Part shown: positions 56,388 to 64,000 of the stretch, piece by piece | Position numbering within the stretch: position 1 is the first letter of the stretch | Layout of the letters: every line of letters begins with the position of its first letter | Origin: Octopus vulgaris | Taxonomy: Eukaryota | Assembly (NCBI GenBank): GCA_951406725.2 | Contig: OX597828.1 | Span: 53,134,001 to 53,198,000, forward strand | Length of the DNA: 64,000 nucleotides | Direction of reading: 5' to 3' | Translations under genes and position numbers: made by a program | The notes under the pieces: generated by a model | Told to the model about the DNA's origin: nothing | The model's database searches: none | What the model saw: only the letters and a program-made list of their open reading frames with translations

Positions 56388-56516
56388 AAACTCCGCCAAG
56401 GAGGTTATGTTATTGCCGGCGTTGGTTTGGGAAATTGGACGACTTTCAGTATTCGTGTATGTGGGTAGAATGAGCTGCTTGGCGGAGGTCTGCGCTCTCC
56501 GAGTGCTTTTCTAGTT
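56388..56516 (+). mobile_element. Helentron/HINE-like non-autonomous element (short copy 2)
   Basis: Subterminal inverted repeats ctccgccaag (56391-56400) and cttggcggag (56478-56487), 3' hairpin gcgctc-tcc-gagtgc, end ctagtt. Confidence 0.65.
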
Positions 56517-56962
56517 GATAATATAACACCTACTAAAGGTCGGCTCTGGCAAGTGTGGGGCCCAGTTAGAGAACTGTTAGTAGGGCTCACTACGCTACAA
56601 AAGCTGAAGAGTGATGTTTAATGTTTCGATAGTACGCCAGTCTCAGCCAAAAAGCGTTGAGAGATTGAGGCTCTACCATTAGCGACAATGATATGCTAAA
56701 AATTGATAGCTCATACGAAGGTTGCATCTCAAGTCAAAGAAGAAAATCGATCTTATTTAATTCTTAAACCTTTCAAATGATATACGTTAATTTCAAATTC
56801 TCACGTTATGTTGCACTGGCGAGCCCAGAATAGGACCGAAATAGGGTTATCTATAACTACAAGAATGTGCAATAAATGGATTTTATATAACAATAGAAAC
56901 GACATATGCTCTTTCGCTCGTAGGGAAAAGATTTCTCATGATAAGGGAAAAGAAAAAACAAA

Positions 56963-57405
56963 GTCGGCGTTTCCCTAAGGTTTGGCCTCATGATCTGTAA
57001 ACCTCACAAATGCTGCAACTGCTGATCCTCTATGGATTCTTTCGGCCTCTACCCACTGTTGTGCCATTGTAGTGCTTGCCAACTTCCACGCCATACCGCC
57101 CTTAATTAAATCATAAAGCATGTTGGAGACGCTACATGCTTCCCTTCCCAGCTCGAGCAAGTGGGGCTAAATCGAGGCGACAGTAAAACCCTGGCGGTCT
57201 CTCAGTTTTCCCCTTCCGTGACAGTAGGCCCCCTCATCTGGAATGACACGTTTTGACATCTACATCGTCAACGCTGTGTCTTCCAGACCTCCCCTGCTAG
57301 TCATCGTAAAAAAGTAAACTATCAAATATCAGTCGCTCTCTGACAGCTATATTGTTGACATATAGGCTATTCTACAAATTATTGCATAGGAAACTCTTGA
57401 AGGTG
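56963..57405 (+). mobile_element. CRE-clade non-LTR element RLE fragment, degenerate
   Basis: Manual translation VGVSLRFGLMICKPHKCCNC*SSMDSFGLYPLLC...RHTALN*IIK...SQLEQVGLNRGDSK.PGGLSVFPF...LIW resembles the CRE zinc finger plus RLE consensus. Not in the ORF track because of stops. Confidence 0.7.
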
Positions 57406-58090
57406 CTCTATAGGCTCTTCTTCCAGACGCCAACTACTTAAGCTGCACTAAAGGCTCATCTTCAAGTTTCTAATTGTTTAAGCTGTACCAAAGACTCTTC
57501 TTCAAATTGCCCTATAGGCTCTTCAAGTTGCCGAAAGGTCAATTTACTCCATAGGTTCTTCTTAAATTTGCCCTATAGGATCTTTTTCACACTGCCCTAT
57601 AGCACCCCCACTAGGAATTTCTAACTGGTCAACATGCCCTCTAAGCGCTTCTTCAATTTGCTCTATAGGCTTTTCATCAAGTATCCAACTGTTTAAGTTG
57701 CCTTATAGGCTTTTCCTTAAGATACCTCACGCAATCTTCTTTAAGTTGCGCTAAAGGTTCTTCAGTTCGTCAACTGGGGAACTTTCCCTCTAGGATATTC
57801 TTCAAGTGGCCAACTGGTCAAGTTGACACGTATTATCTTCTTCAAGTTACCACAGGATCAAATTGCCTAGTAGGATTTTCTTTAAGTTGGGCTCCTCTTC
57901 TAGTTGCCAACAGATTCTTATAGGCGCATCTTTTAGTTGCCCTACAGAGTCCTCTTGGACTTGCCAAATGGCTAAGTTGCCCTCTACGTTCCTCTTCAAG
58001 CTGCCCTATAGGCACATCTTCAGGTTGCCATATAGGCTCTTTTCCAAGCTGCTAATTCATTAAGTTGCTGTATAGGAACTTCTCCAAGTT
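57360..58090. repeat. Degenerate minisatellite, about 23-24-bp core
   Basis: Recurrent aagttgccctataggctcttcttc variants with occasional caactg spacers. Confidence 0.8.
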
Positions 58091-58107
58091 ATGTATGTAT
58101 GCATGTA

Positions 58108-58512
58108 AGGTAAGTAGCTTGTTTACCAACCACATGGTTCCGGGTTCAGTCCCACTGCGTGGCACCTTGTGCAAGTGTCTTCTACTATAGCCTCGGGCCG
58201 ACCAAAGCCTTGTGAGTGGATTTGGTAGACGGAAACTGAAAGAAGCCCGTCATATATACGTATGTATATATATATGCGTGTGTGTGTTTGTGTGTCTGTG
58301 TTTGTCCCCCTAGCATTGCTTGACAACCGATGCTGGTGTGTTTATGTCCCCGTTACTTAGCGGTTCGGCAAAAGAGACCGATAGAATGAGTACTGGGCTT
58401 ACAAAAGAATAAGTCCCGGGGTCGAGTTGCTCGATTAAAGGCGGTGCTCTAGCATGGCCGCAGTCAAATGACTGAAACAAGTAAAAGAGTAAAAGAGTAA
58501 AGAGTAAAGAGT
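58108..58512 (+). mobile_element. SINE family A
   Basis: Near full-length match with a (GAGTAAA)n tail. Confidence 0.9.
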
Positions 58513-58887
58513 ATGTATGTATGTGTGTATGTATGTATGTATGTATGTATGTATGTATGTATGTATGTATGTATGTATGTATGTATGTATGTACGTGCGT
58601 ATGTGTATGTGTATATGAATGAGTGAATGTACGTGTGTGTGCATGTATATATGTATGTGCTTATGTTTGTATGTATGCGTATATGTATGCTTGTATGTAT
58701 GTGTGTATGTATGTATGTATGTATGTATGTATGTATGTATGTATGCATGCATGTGTGTATATATGTATGCCTATATGTGTGTATGTGTGTGCACATATTT
58801 GTATGTATACATGTATGTAAGTATATATATAATGATGTAGCTCTGTATGTATGTATTTATGTATGTATGTATATATATGTATGTATG

Positions 58888-58923
<36 letters not shown>

Positions 58924-59035
58924 TGTATGTATGTATGTATGTATGTATGTATGTATGTATGTATGTATGTATGTATGTATGTATGTATGTATGTATGTAT
59001 GTATGTATGAATGGATGTATTTATGTATGTATGTA
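58513..59035. repeat. (TATG)n microsatellite
   Basis: Seen directly. Confidence 0.9.
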
Positions 59036-59281
59036 TTACTGATATCAGAGATATGGGTGACGAAATAAGCCTGAAATTGAATTGCTTCCGGGTTCTTGTC
59101 AACTATTGAGAGTCGCGTGTGCAAATGTACAATATTTTGATTCTGAAAGCAAAAAGACCAATGGCGGTGAGAGATGGAAAAAAAAAAAGAATGGAAGCGA
59201 AACAAGAACACGAGAGCAAATAATAGAAGAGCGCCTTGTGACGTTATACATGTGTGTATGCGTGTATATATGTGTGTGTAT

Positions 59282-59326
<45 letters not shown>

Positions 59327-59734
59327 TGTGTGTGTATGTGCCTATGTGTCTTTATGTGTGCACGTGCGTATGTGCACGTATACATATGCATACGCGTATG
59401 TACATATACACACATGTATATTTATATATATAAACATCTATATATATATACATGTACATATAAGTGTATGTGAATGTGTGTGTGGTGTGTGCGTGGTGTG
59501 TGATATGTGTGTGGGGGGGTGTACATTTGTATGTGTGTGCTTGTGTATATAATCAACTCTCAAATGTGAATCGCAATGTCAATTATCTTTAGGAATATCC
59601 GCCATCGTGTAGCAGGATATTAAAAAAAATTTCGAGACAAATAATGAAAAGCATCGTAGAAACAATTTTATATACGTCGTCATGATAGCATGAACATCTA
59701 TAAACTCATGCGCATGCTCATACATCGGCGTCTA

Positions 59735-59793
<59 letters not shown>

Positions 59794-60004
59794 GTGTGTG
59801 AATGTGTGTGTGTGTGTGTGTGTGCATGTAGAATATGTCTGTGTTTGTGTGCTTCATTATTACAGCTGGAATCTCGAATCTAGTTATTCAAATTTCACGT
59901 TTTCAGAGTGGATACAAAATGCCGTCTGTGTGTTTGTGTGTGTGAGTGTGTGTGTATGTGTGTGTGTGAGTGTATGTGTGTGTTTGTTTGTGTGAGTGTG
60001 TTGT

Positions 60005-60042
<38 letters not shown>

Positions 60043-60052
60043 GGCACACTCA

Positions 60053-60339
<287 letters not shown>

Positions 60340-60344
60340 ATAAA

Positions 60345-62560
60345 TATGTTTCTTTATTAGCTACACAGACGGGACAGATTACTAAGTAGAGCTTTTCTTG
60401 GGGGGAGGGGGGTAAGTTTCCGATCAAAAGGGATCGTAAAAGGGAAAGAAAAAACAATTTTTTAAAAAAGAAAAAACGATCAATAGGGATCGTGTATCAA
60501 AGAAATGTCATGATGTAAAGTGTAAAGGGGGAAGCAGATAAGGTTTATCCGTTGAAAGAAAAGCCTACGGAAAAGACCACGGTAGTCTCGGTCAATAATG
60601 TCACATGTTAACACATTTTTTTGCAACTAAGTAACCCTCAGTTTTAAATTTCTCCTGGTTCATATGCTCAAGTTGGCTTCGTCATTCATACGTGCCATCC
60701 TTGATACATTCACCCATCTTTTTTTGAAACATTCGCTACACAAAACTTGCCTCTCTACTCTCACTTTGCTTTTCAAGTGATACTTGAAGAATTTGATGAG
60801 AGATTGACTAGAGAGGAAAGTGTTTGTCTCTAATCCTTTCAGACGCGTCCACCAGACACATTCTTTCGCCATAGCCACAAGAATGATAAAAATAGCTCTC
60901 CCTTCTCGTTTGAAGGAAGGAGGCGTGACAATATTGACGATAGATTCGGCTGATAAGCCGACTCGTCCTACACGTGACAGCAGTCGTTCGACATAAGCCC
61001 ACAGGTCGGAAATTGCTGGACACTGCACGAGTGCGTGCAGACCGGTTTCGTCGCTCTGACCGCATCTCGGGCAGGTTAGCCCCGTGTTTCTCGAGCCGTG
61101 TCTGTAGAGCTTATCCCGAACGGGTAGCGCTTCTCGGTAGCATTACCAGGCCAGGGATCTCTGGAAGTTGTCCATGTGTCCTGGCCCGAAAGTTATCCTG
61201 AAAAGGCGGGTCAGGTATTCCTCGTCGACGTCCAGGTTCGCCCCAAGATCGTCGTCGTACCTCCCCTCCACTAATTCCCTATAGAATGCTTGGGTTGTGT
61301 TGAAGTCACTCAAGGTCGACCCGGGACGGCATAGTTGCTTGAGAGCAACGTGACACTCGCGGTGCCATTCGCCCTTCCTCGGCCTCTTTTTGATCCACGA
61401 CAGCAGTTCGGTCATGGAGACGAGTTGCGGGAAAGCGCGCCTCACAAACGGTGACCACACCTGTTCACCGTCGTCTACGTAGAGCCTGAGATGTCGCAGT
61501 CTCAGCGCGTGTCTGCGCATCATCAACCACGACATGTCCAGTCCTTTTAACGGGTGTTGACAGCAAATGGATCACCTGACCATCGGGACGCATCCTTTCC
61601 ACAAGAAGCGAAAGAGAATGCGTTCTAGTTTGGTGATGGTAGGGTCGGGACAAAGCACAACGGTCAGACGGTAGTAGATGACGGACGTGATGTACGTGTT
61701 CACCACCTCCACCCGACCTTTTAGGGACAGTTTCCTCTCGGCCCATTGCCGGGCGAGACTGACTACCCTACTCGTTATCTCGTTCCAGTTCTCGATTTAG
61801 AGGTTCGGACCAAACTAGCCCCCGAGCAACTCGACCGGACCGTCGGTCCAGCGTCCTATGGCGGAGGTGCTGGTGGATGGCATGGGCTTGCTTCTCCAGG
61901 TGCCGAGCCGCAAGCCTACTGACTGTTCCCGGTTGATTTTCACTCCTGTCACCGCTTCGTAGTCTTTCAGTGTCTCGTCGACCAGTTCGATGTGCTCGTG
62001 GCTAGACACTATGACGGTGACGTCGTCCACGTATGCAGACACGCTCGTCCCGCAACCTAATTCTCGCGGGATGCCCCTCAGAGTTGCCAGCTTCCGCAAT
62101 AATAACTCCACGGTCAATACGTAGAGAAGCAACGAGAGGGGACATCCCTGACGAACCGAACGTGCAATGTCGAAAGGTCTCGGTAGATGTCCATTTACGC
62201 GAATTACCGAACGGATGCCTCTGTACAAAGCGGCTATCCAGCCGCGGAAGACGGGACCGAAACCAGCCGCTCTGAGGACAGCCTCCAAGTACCGGTGGTC
62301 TACCCTATCGAAAGATTTCGATTGATCCAAATTGATCAGGGCCCCACCCATGCAATGTTCCTTAACTATCCTGTCTATGATGTAGTGCATCAGATGGTGG
62401 TTGTCATGGATGCTCCGACCCCGCCCGGCGCACATTTGCGCCCTGTCGACCAGTTTCTCGATGACAAGCGCCAACCTCTTGGTTAACACTTGGCCAAAAT
62501 TTTCAAATCTGCATTAAACAGAATGATGGGCCTAAGTTTATCTATTACGACCCCTTGTTT
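60345..62560 (-). mobile_element. Tx1/L1-clade LINE, 5'-truncated ORF2 with frameshifts and 3' UTR
   Basis: RPIILFNADLKILAK, GRSIHDN, LDQSKSFDRVDH, SVRQGCPLS, SAYVDDVTV, C-terminal CPRCGQSDETGLHALVQCP knuckle; AATAAA at 60358-60353 followed by (TATC)n. Confidence 0.9.
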
Positions 62561-62639
62561 AGATCTTTCTTCAGCAGTGGTACGGCTCCTCGGCTCACAA
62601 AACCAGGGATGCTCCCGTTTTGCTGCCAGTTGCAGTAAG

Positions 62640-62789
62640 GTTGCGTAATGCTTCGCGGTATTTCGTCTGCCGCTACGTTCTGAGTTCAAATTCCACTAAG
62701 GTCGACTTGACCTTTTCTCCTTTCGGGGTCGATTAAATAAGTACTAGTTACGTTCCCTCCTTCAATCTGCCCTTGCTGCAAAAATTTTG

Positions 62790-62850
<61 letters not shown>

Positions 62851-63040
62851 GAAAGTGGCGAGTTGACGGATTCGCTACTACGCCAGGCAAAATGCTTAAG
62901 GGCATTTTATTCCACTGAGGTCGACTTTAACTTCCATCGTTTCGAGGTCTATAAAGTCATTTGAGTAGTGGGGTCGATGCAATCCACTTACCCACTCTCC
63001 AACTCCAAGCTTACTGGCCTCGCACCAAAATATGAAATCA
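62640..63040 (+). mobile_element. SINE family B, two copies
   Basis: Matches at 62640-62790 and 62852-63040. Confidence 0.75.
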
Positions 63041-63524
63041 ATATAAATCTGCAGAAGACCATTAGCACCATTTTCAGAAATTAGAACACCTAATATCGAC
63101 ACCTTTGTGTGCATCTAGAATTTCATCAGAGTTCATTTATAGCTGATGCCACCATAGGTTGATGGCACCATTATCAAGGACATGAATTTTCTGTCGACAT
63201 TACTCTTAAAGATCTCCCAAACCTAACACTCACTGTACGAATCTGTAAAAGAGGGCTTCTAACAGGCTGTTTTACTTGCAGAAAATGCAGTTACATTTCC
63301 CTCAAATTCCACATGACTTTAACGTAGTCTTTTGATTCCTATACATAGAGAAAAGACGGGGTTGCCATGGCTGGAATGCTTTGATAAGCAGTTTACTTTC
63401 CTGATCAACTTTGACTTAGTTTTAAGCAACACCAATAACGCGATTTCCATCGCCAGTGGCTGCCCTTCCAGCCATGCCTATTCTCACATACACCATCCAG
63501 TACCACACCCCAAATCATGTTTAC

Positions 63525-64000
63525 ACCTTCACCACCACCACCACCACCACCACCACCACTACCACCACTACCATCGTAACTAACCCCCTACCACCCCACC
63601 CCAGCACCACCACTTTCTCCAATCTCTGCTGCAGTTAGATGCAATGTAAACACCACAACCAACTACAATACAACCAATACAAACACGTCCCATAACCACT
63701 ACGACAACCACCACCGCAACAATTTCTCCACCGTCGTTAACTACTGACACCACCATCAACATGATTATATCCATTATCACAATTAGTACCACCACCTTCA
63801 CCACCACTACAACACCACTGCTACCACCACAACCACCACCACCAGTACCGCTGCGATTACAACTGTGACCTACACCTTCACGCTATCACTGCTACAATTA
63901 ACATTAGAGCTACTACCGTCACCACGTTTATCACCACCTCAACCACAACCACAGCTACCACTAGCACTACCATCATACCACTGCAACCATCACCACAATA
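63525..64000. repeat. (ACC/ACT)n low-complexity tract
   Basis: Seen directly. Confidence 0.85.

Noticed and set aside
63063-63084. miR-29-like seed UAGCACCAUUU
   Set aside because: The 3' half diverges and there is no complementary arm nearby.

Overview
AT-rich, microsatellite-saturated eukaryotic DNA, most likely intronic or intergenic sequence of a coleoid cephalopod (Octopus-like, judged from the SINE families and repeat content). No host protein-coding gene can be recognised with confidence, and almost all listed ORFs are microsatellite translation artefacts. The real content is a layered transposon landscape: a 5'-truncated but stop-free Penelope-like element (PLE; RT plus GIY-YIG, Neptune-like) at 23.6-25.2 kb, a second decayed PLE, fragments of R4/Dong, RTE, Tx1, CRE, HERO and CR1/L2 non-LTR elements, mariner relics, Helitron and Helentron non-autonomous elements, and more than 25 tRNA-derived SINE copies. 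The most striking signal is a dispersed set of minimal type-I hammerhead ribozyme (HHR) motifs in short pLTR/retrozyme-like modules, many ending in (TA)n tracts. These include a near-perfect 158-bp palindrome carrying an intact hammerhead on each strand (32014-32171). There are also several other long palindromes and a recurrent inverted-order GAAAC...CUGAUGA motif. All family assignments come from motif recognition by eye, with no database search.
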